64,000 nucleotides of DNA from an uncultured delta proteobacterium (GCA_963765675.1 CAVXXK010000003.1:256001-320000); one strand, 5' to 3'. Positions 1 to 11,835 are shown, numbered from the stretch's first letter. The notes: generated by a model from the letters alone, not told the origin. Numbers and translations are program-made.

Positions 1-692
1 TTGATGAAGAATCCCGGCGTCCAGTCGCGTGCGATGATCTTCGGTCCGAGCGCCTTGAGCTGCCATGAGGCCGCGGCACCCGCGCCGATCGCTTCGAGCA
101 CGCGCGCGGGATCGAGTCCGCCCGCGCTCGCGAGGCATAGCGCCTCGGCGGCGGCCTCGAGCGTGACGGCGACCGCGACTTGATTGCATAGCTTGGTCAT
201 CTGTCCTGCGCCCGACGGTCCCATCAGGGTCACGCGATGCCCCAGATGCTCGAGGATCGGGCGCACGCGCGCGAAGGCCTCCGCGTCTCCGCCGGCCATG
301 ATTGTCAGCGTGCCGTCGCGCGCGCCGACGTCGCCGCCGGAGACAGGAGCGTCAATGTAATCGGTGCCGCGCGCACGCAGACGCGCCGAGATCGCGCGCT
401 CGGCGGCGGGCGCGATCGTGCTCATGTCGACAACAATCTGCCCGGACGCAAGCACTGGCTCTATCTTGGCGACAACGGCTTCGACGTCGGGCGTGTCGGG
501 CACCATGATGAAAACGATCCCAGCGCCGGTCGCGGCCAGCTCGGGATCGGCGGCGACGATCGCACCGTCAGCAGCGAGCGCGCGCGCTTTTTCGGGCGAG
601 CGATTGAAGACCCGCACGCGATGCCCCGCCGCGATAAGTCGCCGCGCCATCGGCGCGCCCATGATTCCAGTTCCAATCCACGCGATTTCCAT
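1..692 (-). CDS. NAD(P)-dependent 3-hydroxyisobutyrate/2-hydroxy-3-oxopropionate reductase family (3' end outside window)
   Basis: Minus-strand reading from the ATG at 692 gives MEIAWIGTGIMGAPMARRL... with a GxGxxG Rossmann motif, followed by DAPVSGG and GAGQMTKLCNQ, both typical of the family. Not in the ORF track because it runs off the edge. Confidence 0.9.
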   Translation of the reverse strand, partial: MEIAWIGTGIMGAPMARRLIAAGHRVRVFNRSPEKARALAADGAIVAADPELAATGAGIVFIMVPDTPDVEAVVAKIEPVLASGQIVVDMSTIAPAAERAISARLRARGTDYIDAPVSGGDVGARDGTLTIMAGGDAEAFARVRPILEHLGHRVTLMGPSGAGQMTKLCNQVAVAVTLEAAAEALCLASAGGLDPARVLEAIGAGAAASWQLKALGPKIIARDWTPGFFI

Positions 693-758
693 GAAGCGAT
701 TGTAGATCAGAATCAGCTCGGATCAGGAATCCATAATTTCTGCCCTGTCCGGATTTGT

Positions 759-1030
759 CCCTCTCCCTACAGGATTGGGAGAGGGCAGCGCGGCGCGGCG
801 ATTGCTCCTTTCAGCAATCGCCGCGCCGCGCGGGTGAGGGGCCGACGGAATTAAATTCCTGGATTACTGAACATCCGGCCGACGGATGAATCGCAGTAAG
901 GGTTCTGCTTGGCGCTCCATCGTGGCGACGACTCGCGAGCAAAGATTCCTTGCTGTCGGTCCCTCACCCGTCGCGCTGCGCGCGACACCCTCTCCCAATC
1001 TTTTGGGAGAGGGAATCTTTCTGGAGAGGG
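759..1030. repeat. Inverted pair of REP-like palindromic elements (CCCTCACCC...CCCTCTCCC...GGGAGAGGG family)
   Basis: Units at 759-841 and 961-1030 in opposite orientation; same family at 2531-2618 and 61486-61662. Confidence 0.75.
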
Positions 1031-1042
1031 AATTTCAGGCGG

Positions 1043-1429
1043 TCACTGCGATTTTTCCGCGGATGCGGGCGACGTGGGAGAGGTCGTGCTCAGGAAGGCG
1101 AGCGGAGCCCATAGCGTGAAGACGACTCCCAGCGCCGGGCGATGCCACATCCAGATGAGGCCGTACAAAATGAAGATTGCCGCGAGCGCCGCATCGAGCG
1201 TCGTGTTGCTCGCGCCGATATCGTTGCCAGTGCGCCCGAGCGTCCGCGCGGCCAGCATTGCAACGAGCAGGACAATCCCGACGATCACGTAGCTCGCGCC
1301 GTGCGGCCATGCGATCGCGAGAAACAGGACCGTGAAAAGAATCAGGCCGCCGATTCCTACAATCTGGAAGCTTCGGCGCGTTTGAAGAAGATAGACGAAA
1401 GGCTCGAAAGGCCCCGGGTTGATTCGCAT
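1043..1429 (-). CDS. Small multi-pass membrane protein of unknown function
   Basis: 128-aa ORF with about four hydrophobic segments, downstream of and co-oriented with the aldo/keto reductase. Confidence 0.6.
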   Translation of the reverse strand: MRINPGPFEPFVYLLQTRRSFQIVGIGGLILFTVLFLAIAWPHGASYVIVGIVLLVAMLAARTLGRTGNDIGASNTTLDAALAAIFILYGLIWMWHRPALGVVFTLWAPLAFLSTTSPTSPASAEKSQ

Positions 1430-1487
1430 CGCCGCCCTACTCTACTCGACGCGCGACCCGGCGCAACGTCGCGGACCTCCAGGTGTA

Positions 1488-2396
1488 TTACCGCTGTCCG
1501 GTCCAGGTGGGCGCGGCGACCGCGCGCCAGCGGGCGCGAATCGCTTCGTAGTCATCTGAGGATAGTGGACCGAGCGAAGCGGCGTGCGCGTTTTCTTCGA
1601 AACGGCCGAGCCTGGTCGTCCCGACTAGCGCGGCGGTTACACCTGGGACTGAGAGGGTGAAACGCAGAGCAGTCGCTGCCACCTCCTTGCGGGCGAGGAA
1701 GGGATAGTCGAGCTGGCCCAGCCGCTCGCGATACGGAGCCGCATAGGGGTCGCGGTTGTCGGCGCGCCACGCGGCGTTGGCGAGCGAGCGCTTTGCGATA
1801 ATTCCCATCGCGCGTGCGTGCGCTTTGGGAATAGTCAGATCGATCGCTTCCTGATCGGCGATACTGAGCGAGGTTTGCAGCGTGTCGAAGATGCCGAGCT
1901 CGACCGCTTTGAGCGCGCTTGCGCCGTCGGCGCTGAGCCCGACAAACCGCGTCTTGCCGGCGTCGCGCGCGCGGGTCAGCACCTCGAGCACGCGCGGATT
2001 TGCAAGCGCGGCAAGATCGGGGCTGTGAAACTGCATCACATCAACGTAATCGGTGCGCAGGAGCTTGAGACTTCGATCGATCGTCTCGGCCAGGATTTTT
2101 GGCGCGGCAAAGTGATCGCCCCACCCGCTTCCCGCGTGGCCGCACTTGGTCATCAGGATGATTTCCTTGCGCCGGCGGCCGAGGGCGCGGCCAAGTTGCT
2201 CCTCTCCGTCGCCGTAGCATTCGGCGGTGTCGATCAGGTTGAGGCCGGAATCGATCGCTAAGTTGAGAAGCTTCGCGAGCGCGCGCCAATCGGTGCCGCC
2301 ACGTCCGCTCTCGGAGCCGCCGAAGCCGACGGCGCTGACGCTTAAGCTCGTGCGCCCGAGTATCCGGCGCTCGATTGGAATAGAAGGAGAATTCAA
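1488..2396 (-). CDS. Aldo/keto reductase
   Basis: GLNLIDTAECYGDGEEQLG, TKCG, SLKLLRTDYVDVMQFH, GKTRFVGLS motifs. Confidence 0.93.
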   Translation of the reverse strand: MNSPSIPIERRILGRTSLSVSAVGFGGSESGRGGTDWRALAKLLNLAIDSGLNLIDTAECYGDGEEQLGRALGRRRKEIILMTKCGHAGSGWGDHFAAPKILAETIDRSLKLLRTDYVDVMQFHSPDLAALANPRVLEVLTRARDAGKTRFVGLSADGASALKAVELGIFDTLQTSLSIADQEAIDLTIPKAHARAMGIIAKRSLANAAWRADNRDPYAAPYRERLGQLDYPFLARKEVAATALRFTLSVPGVTAALVGTTRLGRFEENAHAASLGPLSSDDYEAIRARWRAVAAPTWTGQR

Positions 2397-2442
2397 GATT
2401 TACTGATCTATACGGACTGAGCGGCGCGAGGCAAAGCGGAGA

Positions 2443-2509
2443 CGGGCGGCTCGCGAGCCGTCCCTACGAAGGCCGATTCAATTCGTAGGAGCGCGTCGCG
2501 ACGCGCCCG
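2443..2509. repeat. Inverted GTAG-type REP pair
   Basis: cgggcggctcgcgagccgtccCTAC ... GTAGgagcgcgtcgcgacgcgcccg: two small palindromes with GTAG tetranucleotides. Confidence 0.6.
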
Positions 2510-2530
2510 GCTTTGCAATTTGGCGATCTC

Positions 2531-2618
2531 AGAGCAGCACCCTCACCCACGCGTCACGGCGATTGCTAAAAAGAGCAATCGCCGCGCCGCGTCGCCCTCT
2601 CCGGGGGGAGAGGGTATT
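2531..2618. repeat. REP-like palindromic element (CCCTCACCC/GGGAGAGGG family)
   Basis: agagcagcaccctcaccc...ccctctcc...gggagagggtatt, with ends nearly identical to the copy at 61486-61575. Confidence 0.75.
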
Positions 2619-2718
2619 CAAATTCGGGGCTGCCAAAGAAAGTGGGCGCCGCTCTCGCGGCGCCCACTCGAGAAATCGTTCGGACAATCTGTGAGTATCC
2701 CTAAAACGCGATGCCGGC

Positions 2719-4998
2719 TTAGGCGGCCTGCTTTGCTCCTGCCGACTCCGCCGATTCTCCCGCGAGCGAGCCGCGCTTGGAGAATGCAACCGCGACCGCG
2801 AGCAACGCAATCGACACGACTACCACCACGACGCGCGTGACGGTTACGTTATTGATTGCCGTGGTACAGAACGGGGCCGCGAGAATCCCGACCAGGTTCA
2901 TAACCTTGATCATCGGATTGAGTGCCGGACCCGCAGTGTCTTTGAACGGGTCTCCCACCGTATCGCCAACGACGGTGGCCTTGTGAATATCGGTACCCTT
3001 GCCGCCCAGGAAGCCGTCTTCAACTTTCTTCTTGGCGTTGTCCCAGTTGGCGCCCGCGTTCGACATGAAGACCGCGAGTAACTGGCCGGTCAGAATCGTG
3101 CCGCCAAGGAATCCGCCGAGCGCGCCCGCGTCGAGTCCGAAGCCGACCAGCAACGGCGCGAAGACCGCCAGGATTCCCGGACCGAGCAGTTCTTTCTGCG
3201 CGGTCTCGGTGACGATATCCACGCACTTGGCGTAGTCGGGAAGCTCGGTGCCCTTCATGATTCCCGGATGCTCGCGCAACTGGCGGCGGACCTCGAACAC
3301 AACCTGGTAGGCCGCGCGGCTGACCGCTTTGATCGCGAACGAGCTGAACAGGAACGGAACCGCGCCGCCGATCATCAGGCCGACGAACACGGTCGGCATG
3401 TTGAGCTGCACGCCGATCGCGCCCAGATGGGCTTCATCGATAAACGAGCGGAACAGCGATACCGCCGCGATAACCGCGGTCGCAATCGCGAGTCCCTTCG
3501 TCAGAGCCTTGGTGGTGTTGCCGATCGCGTCCATCCAGGAGAGCGTGCGCGACGCCTCTTCCTGATGAATCCCCGCCATCTCGAAGATACCGTGCGCGTT
3601 GTCGGTGATCGGCCCGTAGGTGTCCATCGCGAGGATGAAGCCGGTCGTCGTCAGCAGTCCAAGCCCGGTCAGCGCGATCCCATAGAACTGCAACGCGAGC
3701 GACTCGTGGAACAGAAGCATCGCACCGATAATCGTGATCGCGATCACCACCAGCGCCCACACCGAGGACTCGAGTCCTTCGGCGAGACCCGACAGGATGA
3801 GCGTCGCCGGGCCGGTGCGCGCCGCGATCGCCGTCTCGGTGGTGGGACCCTTGTCGGGATGGGTGAAATAGTTGGTGAGCCACAGAGTCACGATCGCCAA
3901 AATGATCCCGAAGGTCGCGCAGCAGGCAAAGCGCCAATCGGTCGCTCCAGTGCGTGGATCCTGCATGTAAAGGTAGTTGACGACAAAAAATCCGACCACC
4001 GAAGCGAGCGCGGAGACCATGTAGCCGTTGTTGATCGGCTTCATCGGATCGCGCATCGCGGAACCAACCGGCACTTTGACCGCCATGATTCCGAGGATCG
4101 ACGAAAATACGCCGACACCACGCAGGATAAACGCGAACATGATCAGCTTCATCGCGAACATCCCGGAGAACGCGCCGTACGCGGCCTTGAAGTCGGGCTC
4201 ATTGACCGCGAATGCGGCCAAAATGATCGCGGCGACGAGAGTGACTTCGTAGGACTCGAAGATATCGGCCGCCATGCCGGCGCAGTCGCCGACGTTGTCG
4301 CCGACGTTGTCCGCGATCGTCGCGGCGTTGCGCGGATCGTCTTCGGGCAAATCCTGCTCGACCTTTCCCACCAGATCACCGCCGACGTCGGCCGCCTTGG
4401 TGTAGATACCGCCGCCGACGCGCATGAACAGCGCAGCCAGCGATCCGCCGAAGCCAAAGCCGATCAGCACCTTCATCGCATCCTGCTGATAGACCAGGAA
4501 GATGATCGTCGCGCCCAGCAGTCCAAGGCCGACGGTGAACATCCCGGAGACGCCGCCCGCTTTGAACGCGAGCTCCATCGAATCCTTGAATGAAGTCAGA
4601 GCGGCGTTTGCGCTGCGCACGTTGCCCTTCACCGCCAGCCACATCCCGACGAAGCCCGAGAAATAGGAGGCGCTGACCCCCATCAGGAAGGCAATCGCTA
4701 TTCCGAGCGAGAGCCACAGGTCGTGATAGACTCCGCGATACATGAAGAACAGGACCAGGAAAATCGCGATGACGAAAAAGATCATCGTCGAGACTTGCCG
4801 GCGCATGTACGCCATCGCGCCGGTCTGGATCGCGTCGGCGACGTCGGTCATCGACTTGGGTCCCGGATCGGCTTTCATCACGGTGCGGACCAGAACCAGG
4901 CCGTAGCCCAATCCGATGAAGGCTGAAATGAAAATCAGCCACAAAATCATCACCTGCCCGTTGGTAAGGGCCGGCAGTACGATATTCGCTTCACTCAT
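2719..4998 (-). CDS. hppA: Membrane-bound pyrophosphatase, K+-independent H+-pumping type
   Basis: GGGIYTKAADVGGDLVGKVE, EDDPRN, DNVGDNVGD, GDTVGDPFKDTAGP. GNTTKA (Lys) indicates the K+-independent class. Confidence 0.95.
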   Translation of the reverse strand: MSEANIVLPALTNGQVMILWLIFISAFIGLGYGLVLVRTVMKADPGPKSMTDVADAIQTGAMAYMRRQVSTMIFFVIAIFLVLFFMYRGVYHDLWLSLGIAIAFLMGVSASYFSGFVGMWLAVKGNVRSANAALTSFKDSMELAFKAGGVSGMFTVGLGLLGATIIFLVYQQDAMKVLIGFGFGGSLAALFMRVGGGIYTKAADVGGDLVGKVEQDLPEDDPRNAATIADNVGDNVGDCAGMAADIFESYEVTLVAAIILAAFAVNEPDFKAAYGAFSGMFAMKLIMFAFILRGVGVFSSILGIMAVKVPVGSAMRDPMKPINNGYMVSALASVVGFFVVNYLYMQDPRTGATDWRFACCATFGIILAIVTLWLTNYFTHPDKGPTTETAIAARTGPATLILSGLAEGLESSVWALVVIAITIIGAMLLFHESLALQFYGIALTGLGLLTTTGFILAMDTYGPITDNAHGIFEMAGIHQEEASRTLSWMDAIGNTTKALTKGLAIATAVIAAVSLFRSFIDEAHLGAIGVQLNMPTVFVGLMIGGAVPFLFSSFAIKAVSRAAYQVVFEVRRQLREHPGIMKGTELPDYAKCVDIVTETAQKELLGPGILAVFAPLLVGFGLDAGALGGFLGGTILTGQLLAVFMSNAGANWDNAKKKVEDGFLGGKGTDIHKATVVGDTVGDPFKDTAGPALNPMIKVMNLVGILAAPFCTTAINNVTVTRVVVVVVSIALLAVAVAFSKRGSLAGESAESAGAKQAA

Positions 4999-5290
4999 CG
5001 TCCGTTTCGATCTCCCGAGATTTCAGGGTTTGGGTGCGGCCTGCGCGCTATCTCCTATTCGCTGCTTCATCGGTCGTAGATAGACGATCACGGCGAATTC
5101 AATCCGCAGAGCGCATCTGGCGCAGTTTAGGTTTTCTGCGAAACGATGTCCATAACCTAAGTGTCGCGACGGTCGGTAATTTTGACTGTACCGGTAATGC
5201 GGTTTGCGATGAGTCATTTGCGTGCGCGCGCGCAAGGGCTGCGGCGGCATAGGAGAGTCTCGCCATTTCCGCGGACACTGCACGCGCGCC

Positions 5291-5399
5291 CGGGATTTCT
5301 CCCTTCGGTCGAAATGACGATTGTGGGCTCTATGCCCTGATCATCGAGTCCTGTACAGGATCCACGGTCGTCATTTCGAGCGATCGGCGAGAAATCCCG
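5291..5399. repeat. Inverted REP-like pair (GTCATTTCGA...GAGAAATC family)
   Basis: gggatttctc...tcgaaatgacga and tcgtcatttcgag...gagaaatcccg; a second pair at 47966-48094. Confidence 0.7.
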
Positions 5400-5539
5400 A
5401 GACGTCCATGCGCCGGAGCCTCACCACATGCAGCGGCTCTTCGATCGGGATTTCTCGCGGAGCTTGCGCGGCGCGAAATTGATCCTTTACGGTTGAATCG
5501 CGGCGCTCGCGTGTGTTTATCTGTAAGGTTCAAGACGCC

Positions 5540-6943
5540 ATGCAAGTAAATATCGATACCCCTTCGGCGCTGCGGCGCAAACTCACCATCGAAGTCGAGC
5601 CCGACGAGATCAAGCGCGAACTCGACTCGGCCTACAATGAGCTAAAACGCGGCGTGGTGCTCAAGGGCTTTCGCCCCGGCCATGCTCCGCGGATGATGCT
5701 CGAGCGGTTTTTCGGCGACCAGGTTCGCGGCGAAGTGCTGCAGAAGCTGGTGCGCGAATACACCGAAAAAGCCCTCGAGGAAAACTCGCTCAAGCCGGTG
5801 GTCGCGCCGGAGATCGTCACCGAAGAGACCGACCTCGCCAAGTCGCTCAAGTTCAGCGCGACCTTCGATCTGCGTCCCGAGCTGACCGTCAAGGATTACG
5901 CGGGGCTTAAGATTCCCGAGTTCAAGATCGAGGTGAAGGAAGAAGAGATCGACAGCACGATCCAGGCGCTGCGCGAGCGCCAGGCTACGCTCAAGAAGAT
6001 CGAAGGCCGCACCACGGTTCAGGAAGGCGACTACGTTCTCGCCACGGTCGAAGGCTTCGAGGGCGACAAAGCGCTGTCGGGAGTTCCGGTGCAGGAGCGG
6101 ATACTGCAGGCGTCGAAGACCGCGATCGCGCATCAGATCGACGAAATCCTGATCGGCGCCGAGGTCGGCAAGACCGCGCGCGGCGTCAAGACCTACGGCC
6201 AGGACTACGCGGAAAAAGAGCTTGCGGGAAAGACCGTCGAATGGCGCGTCAACGCCAAGGAAATCTACGAGCGGATTCTGCCCAACCTCGACGACGAGTT
6301 CGCCAAAGACCAGGGCGATTGCAAAGACCTGGCCGCATTGCGTGTGCGCGTGCGCGAGGAACTCGAGAAGCACGCGCGCGACGAGGCTGACTCCCGCGCG
6401 CGGCAGGGACTTCTCGATCTCGTGATCGAGCGCAATCCGGTCGAGCTGCCGGAATCGCTGGTGGCTCGCGAGCAGCGCATGATGGAGCAGGAGCTGCACA
6501 ATACGCTCGAGGCGGGTGGCATCCCGCACGAGCAGGTCGAGGAACGCGTCAAGGCTTCCGCCGAAGAGCTGAAGCAGCGCGCCGAGAAGCGCGCACGGAC
6601 CTCGCTGGTGGTAGACGCTATCGCGGACCAGGAAAATATTGAGGTCAGCGATGAGGAGCTGGGCGACCGGGTGGCGCTGATCGTCACCCAATCGGGCCGC
6701 AATCGCGATCGCGCGGCCGAGTTTTATCGCGAGGAAGCCAACCGCGAGGGCCTGCGCGTCACGATGCGCCGTGAAAAGGCGCTGGACCTCGTCATGGCGC
6801 GCGCCCAGCGCGAGCAGGTCGAAGGCGAGCCGAGCGAGCCGGCTCTGACGCCGGCTCTGTGGATAAGGCGTGAGTCAAGTGGACAAACGCTTTTTGAAAA
6901 CCGCAGGACGTTGCCCAAGTATTGCGGAGTGGATACAATTTGA
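5540..6943 (+). CDS. tig: Trigger factor
   Basis: GFRPGHAP ribosome-binding signature; position upstream of clpP-clpX. Start set at ATG 5540. Confidence 0.95.
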   Translation: MQVNIDTPSALRRKLTIEVEPDEIKRELDSAYNELKRGVVLKGFRPGHAPRMMLERFFGDQVRGEVLQKLVREYTEKALEENSLKPVVAPEIVTEETDLAKSLKFSATFDLRPELTVKDYAGLKIPEFKIEVKEEEIDSTIQALRERQATLKKIEGRTTVQEGDYVLATVEGFEGDKALSGVPVQERILQASKTAIAHQIDEILIGAEVGKTARGVKTYGQDYAEKELAGKTVEWRVNAKEIYERILPNLDDEFAKDQGDCKDLAALRVRVREELEKHARDEADSRARQGLLDLVIERNPVELPESLVAREQRMMEQELHNTLEAGGIPHEQVEERVKASAEELKQRAEKRARTSLVVDAIADQENIEVSDEELGDRVALIVTQSGRNRDRAAEFYREEANREGLRVTMRREKALDLVMARAQREQVEGEPSEPALTPALWIRRESSGQTLFENRRTLPKYCGVDTI

Positions 6944-7000
6944 TGGCGTCAGCGGCCTGTTAACCTCATGAGCGTTCCGGCTGCGACGCGGTTAGGGTTT

Positions 7001-7597
7001 ATGAGTAGCCTGGTACCGATCGTAGTCGAACAAACTGGCCGCGGTGAACGCGCCTACGACATCTATTCCCGCCTGTTGAAAGACCGGATCGTATTTCTCG
7101 GCACCGAGGTTAATGGCGACGTCGCCAACTTGATCACCGCGCAATTCCTGTTCCTCGAATCCGAAGATCCGGAGAAGGAAATCAGCTTCTATATCAACTC
7201 GCCGGGCGGAGAAGTGACCGCCGGGATGGCGATTTACGATACAATGCAGTTCATCAAGCCCGGAGTGTCGACGCTGTGCCTGGGCCAGGCCGCCAGCATG
7301 GCGGCGATTCTGCTCGCTGCGGGAGCGAAGGGACGGCGCTACGCCCTGCCCCACGCCCGAGTCCTGATGCATCAGCCGCACGGCGGCGCACAGGGCCAGA
7401 CCACCGACATCGATATCCAGGCGCGCGAGATGGTCCGCGCGCGCGAAGAAATGAACCTCATCCTGGCGCATCACACAGGCCAGAACGTCAAGAAAATCGA
7501 GAAGGATACGGACCGCGATTTCATCCTGTCTCCGGACCAGGCAGTTGAATACGGAGTCATTGATGAGGTAATCGTTAGCCGGAGGCCCTCCAAGTGA
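7001..7597 (+). CDS. clpP: ATP-dependent Clp protease proteolytic subunit
   Basis: [29 protein letters not shown] (catalytic Ser), MHQP. Confidence 0.98.
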   Translation: MSSLVPIVVEQTGRGERAYDIYSRLLKDRIVFLGTEVNGDVANLITAQFLFLESEDPEKEISFYINSPGGEVTAGMAIYDTMQFIKPGVSTLCLGQAASMAAILLAAGAKGRRYALPHARVLMHQPHGGAQGQTTDIDIQAREMVRAREEMNLILAHHTGQNVKKIEKDTDRDFILSPDQAVEYGVIDEVIVSRRPSK

Positions 7598-7613
7598 ACC
7601 GCGGGAGGCAGTA

Positions 7614-8864
7614 ATGGCCAAGCATGACGACCGTTCGGGCAATCTGGTGTGTTCGTTTTGCGGCAAGAGCCAGGACGAAGTACGCAAGCTGATCGCCGGA
7701 CCAACGGTTTATATCTGCGACGAATGTATCGATCTTTGTAACGACATAATCGCCGAAGAGACGGACAGCGAAGAGGCCTTCAGCCAGTCGTCGGCGGTTC
7801 CGAAACCCGCGGAAATCAAACGCGTTCTCGACCAGTACGTAATCGGCCAGGAACGCGCCAAGAAAATCCTCTCGGTCGCGGTCCATAACCATTACAAGCG
7901 AATCGACTCGCAGATGGTGACCGGCGACGTCGAGCTGCAGAAGTCCAATATCCTGCTGATCGGCCCGACCGGCGTGGGCAAGACGCTGCTGGCGCAGACA
8001 CTGGCGCGCTTCCTCCAGGTTCCGTTCACGATCGCCGATGCGACCTCGCTGACGGAAGCCGGCTACGTCGGCGAGGACGTCGAGAATATCATCCTGTCGC
8101 TCTTGCAGAACGCGGATTACGATATCGAGCGATGCCAGCGCGGAATCGTCTATATCGACGAGATCGACAAGATCGCGCGCAAGGGCGACAATCCCTCGAT
8201 CACGCGCGACGTTTCGGGCGAAGGCGTGCAGCAGGCGCTGCTCAAGATCATCGAAGGAACGATGGCGTCGGTGCCGCCCAAGGGCGGCCGCAAGCATCCG
8301 CAGCAGGAATTCCTGCAGGTCGATACGACCAATATCCTGTTCATCTGCGGCGGAGCGTTCGTCGGATTGGACGATATCATCCGGCGCAGAATCGCGGGCA
8401 AGACGATGGGCTTTCGCGCCGATCTGACCCATCGCGACCCCAAGACCGTCTCCGAGCTGCTGCTCGAAGTGCAGCCGGAAGACCTGCTCAAATTTGGTTT
8501 GATTCCTGAATTCGTCGGGCGCCTCCCGGTAATCGCGACCTTGGGCGAGTTGGACGAGGAAGCGCTGGTGCGCATTCTGAACGAACCCAAGAATGCGCTG
8601 GTGCGGCAGTACCAGAAGCTGTTCGACATGGAGAACGTGCATCTGAAGTTCACGCAGGGAGCGCTGCGCGCGATCTCGCGTGAGGCACTCAAGCGCAAAT
8701 CCGGAGCACGCGGACTGCGCGCCATCATGGAGAGCATCATGGTGGACCTGATGTACGACATACCGTCGCAGCCGAATATCAAGGAGGTTCTAATCTCAGA
8801 GGAAGTGGTGACGCAGAAGGAGCAGCCGCTTCTGGTCTATCAGAAGACCGCTGAAACCGCCTGA
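7614..8864 (+). CDS. clpX: Clp protease ATP-binding subunit ClpX
   Basis: CSFCGK...ICDEC zinc finger, [28 protein letters not shown]. Confidence 0.98.
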   Translation: MAKHDDRSGNLVCSFCGKSQDEVRKLIAGPTVYICDECIDLCNDIIAEETDSEEAFSQSSAVPKPAEIKRVLDQYVIGQERAKKILSVAVHNHYKRIDSQMVTGDVELQKSNILLIGPTGVGKTLLAQTLARFLQVPFTIADATSLTEAGYVGEDVENIILSLLQNADYDIERCQRGIVYIDEIDKIARKGDNPSITRDVSGEGVQQALLKIIEGTMASVPPKGGRKHPQQEFLQVDTTNILFICGGAFVGLDDIIRRRIAGKTMGFRADLTHRDPKTVSELLLEVQPEDLLKFGLIPEFVGRLPVIATLGELDEEALVRILNEPKNALVRQYQKLFDMENVHLKFTQGALRAISREALKRKSGARGLRAIMESIMVDLMYDIPSQPNIKEVLISEEVVTQKEQPLLVYQKTAETA

Positions 8865-8891
8865 CGCGAGGGAGACTCGGGATCCACACAG

Positions 8892-11373
8892 ATGCTGTTT
8901 CGTAACGACAAAAAAGATAATCGCGACGCACCCGGGAACGTGGTTCCGCTGTTCCCGCTGCGCGAATTGATCGTATTCCCCCACGCGGTGTACCCGATAT
9001 TCGCGGGCCGCCAGAAATCCATCAAAGCGCTCGAAGCCGCCGAGCAGCAGAAGAAGCCCATCCTGCTGGTGTCGCAGAAAGACGCCAAGATCGCCGAGCC
9101 GTCGCCTCAGGATCTCTACACTATCGGCACGCTCGCGATCGTGGTGCAGCTTCTGCGCCTGCCCGACGGGACGGTGAAGGTCCTGCTCGAAGGCAAGAAG
9201 CGCGCGCGAATCCTGCGCTACCTTCCCGACGAGGATTTCTACCAGGTCGAAGCCGAAGAAATCGAAGAGGCATACGAGCCTTCGCCCGAAGTCGAGGCGC
9301 TGATGCGCTCAGTCGTGTCGACCTTCGACAACTATGCGCGGCTCAACAAGAAGATTCCGCCGGAGATGGTGGCTTCGATTTCGGCGGTCGATGATCCCGG
9401 ATTCCTGTCCGACAAGATCGTCGAACACCTGGGAATCAAGCTCGAAGACAAGCAGGCGCTGCTCGAATCGACCAATCCGGCAGAGCGGCTCGAAAAGATT
9501 CTCGGCTACATGCGCTCCGAGCTGGAAATTCTCGAGGTCGAAAAGCGTATCCGCTCCCGGGTCAAGAAGCAGATGGAGAAGACCCAGAAGGAGTACTACC
9601 TGAACGAGCAGATGCGCGCGATCCAGAAAGAGCTCGGCGAGAAGGACGAATTCAAGAACGAGATCCAGGAGCTCGAAGAAAAGCTGCGCCAGAAGAAGAT
9701 GCCGACCGAGGCGCGCGAAAAGTGCGAGCGCGAAATCAAGAAGCTCAAGATGATGTCGCCGATGTCGGCCGAGGCGACCGTCGTGCGCAATTACCTCGAC
9801 TGGTTCCTGGCGCTGCCGTGGTTCGAGTACACCGAGGACAAGCTCGATATAAAGGAAGCCGAGCGTATCCTCGAGGAAGATCATTACGGCCTCGAGAAGG
9901 TCAAGCAGCGCATCCTCGAATATCTCGCGGTCGAAACGCTGGTCGGCCAGATGAAGGGACCGATCCTGTGCCTGGTCGGCCCTCCGGGAGTCGGCAAGAC
10001 TTCGCTGGGCAAATCGCTGGCGCGCGCGACCGGCAGAAAGTTCGTGCGTGTGTCGCTCGGCGGCGTGCGTGACGAGGCCGAGGTCCGGGGCCATCGCCGC
10101 ACGTATATCGGCGCCCTGCCCGGCAAGGTGATCCAGTCGATCCGCAAGGCCGGGATCGTCGAATCCGGTAATGCTGCTGGACGAGGTTGATAAGATGTCA
10201 ACCGATTTCCGCGGCGATCCGTCGTCGGCGTTGCTCGAAGTGCTCGATCCGGAGCAGAACTTCACCTTCAACGACCACTATCTGGATTGCGATTACGATC
10301 TGTCCAAGGTGATGTTCGTCACCACGGCGAACACCCTCGATCGTATCCCGCGTCCGCTCCAGGACCGGATGGAAGTGATCCGGATTCCCGGCTACACCGA
10401 AACCGAGAAGGCGCAGATCGCGAAGAAGTACCTGGTCACCAAGCAGATGGAGGCCAACGGCCTCAAGCCCGAGAATATCGAGTTCTCCGACAAGGCCTTG
10501 CTGGGAATTATCCGCCACTACACGCGCGAGGCGGGAGTCCGCAACCTCGAGCGCGAGGTCGCGTCAGTATGCCGCAAGGTCGCGGTCGAAGTGGTCAAGA
10601 CCGATCGCAACGCGCACGTCAAGATTTCATCCTCGAGCCTCGCGAAGTATCTCGGACCCGCGAAGTTCCGCTACGGAATAGCGGAGACCGAGCCGCAGGT
10701 CGGCGTCACGACCGGGCTTGCGGTAACCGAGCTTGGCGGCGAGCTGCTGAGCGTCGAGGTGACGATCGTCCCCGGGCGCGGCAAGCTCACGATCACCGGG
10801 CAGCTCGGCGACGTGATGCAGGAATCGGCGCAGGCGGCGTTGTCATACGTGCGCTCGCGCTCGGACATGCTGGGACTCGACACCAGCTTCTACCACAAGA
10901 TCGATATTCACATTCACGTTCCCGAAGGCGGGATTCCCAAGGACGGCCCGTCGGCCGGAATCACGCTGGCGACTGCGCTGGTCTCGGCGCTGACGCGCAC
11001 GCCGGTGCGTAACGACCTTGCGATGACGGGCGAGATCACGCTGCGCGGACGCGTGCTGCCGATCGGGGGACTCAAGGAAAAGGTGCTGGCAGCGCATCGC
11101 GGCGGAATCAAGACGATCCTGATGCCCAAGGAGAACGGCAAGGACATCAGCGAGATCGCGCCGGCGATACTCAAGGGGATCCAGCTCATCCAGGTCGAGC
11201 ACATGGACGAGGTGCTGCGGCACGCGCTGGTGCTGACGGATCCGGAGGCGTTTTTCAAGCCGCGGCCGCCGTCGGTCAATCCGGCTTTCCTGAACGATAC
11301 GGAGAGTAAGACGCCGATCGCCGCCGACGACGATGAAGACGCGGCGCCGTCGCCAACGAACCTCTCGCAATAA
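8892..11373 (+). CDS. lon: Lon protease (split by one extra G at ~10152-10154; probable sequencing error)
   Basis: Lon N-domain, [31 protein letters not shown]. Removing one G from gccgggatcg restores [13 protein letters not shown]. Confidence 0.95.
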
Positions 11374-11465
11374 GCGGGGAGCGCGAGGAAACTGGGGCTC
11401 CGTGATTCCCGCACGATCGCGGGACGCGGCCTAACCGGCGGCCCAAGCCGCAATAGAGCAGAGCC

Positions 11466-11783
11466 ATGACCAAGGCCGAACTTATCGAAGCACTGTCGAA
11501 CAAGCTTCCACTTCCCAAGGCCGACGCCGAGCGTGCGGTGAATATCGTGCTCGACGATGTGATCGCGGCGCTGAAGACCGGCGATCGCGTGAACATCTCG
11601 GGCTTCGGAACATTCTCGGTCTCGACCCGCCAGGCGCGTGCCGGACGAAATCCGAAGACCGGCGAGACGATTCAGATCTCGGCGAGCCGCTCGGCCAAAT
11701 TCAAGCCGGGCAAGCAGCTAAAGGACTCACTCAACGAAGGACTGGAAGGAGCAGCCGGCGCGGCGCCCGGCACGGGGTCGTGA
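11466..11783 (+). CDS. hup: HU/IHF family DNA-binding protein
   Basis: [24 protein letters not shown]. Confidence 0.93.
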   Translation: MTKAELIEALSNKLPLPKADAERAVNIVLDDVIAALKTGDRVNISGFGTFSVSTRQARAGRNPKTGETIQISASRSAKFKPGKQLKDSLNEGLEGAAGAAPGTGS

Positions 11784-11835
11784 TCCTCGCGGCGCGCACT
11801 CGCGGCTGCCAGTAATCATTCGAATTCAGTAAAAT

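Noticed and set aside
3268-4593. Long antisense ORFs (also 5642-6691, 7575-8642, 57025-58188 and others)
   Set aside because: Shadow frames of high-GC coding genes with Arg-rich, motif-less translations
4999-5290. Fluoride riboswitch upstream of hppA
   Set aside because: Plausible by gene context, but the GGCGATGGxGTTCGCC...GCTGATGAC consensus is not found
6835-6943. Unusual C-terminal tail on trigger factor
   Set aside because: It begins at a short duplication (ccggctctg x2) and may be an indel or read-through artefact; no functional support
10140-10190. lon split into two ORFs (programmed frameshift or pseudogene?)
   Set aside because: One extra G in a short G-run restores the conserved sequence and there is no slippery heptamer; most likely a sequencing indel
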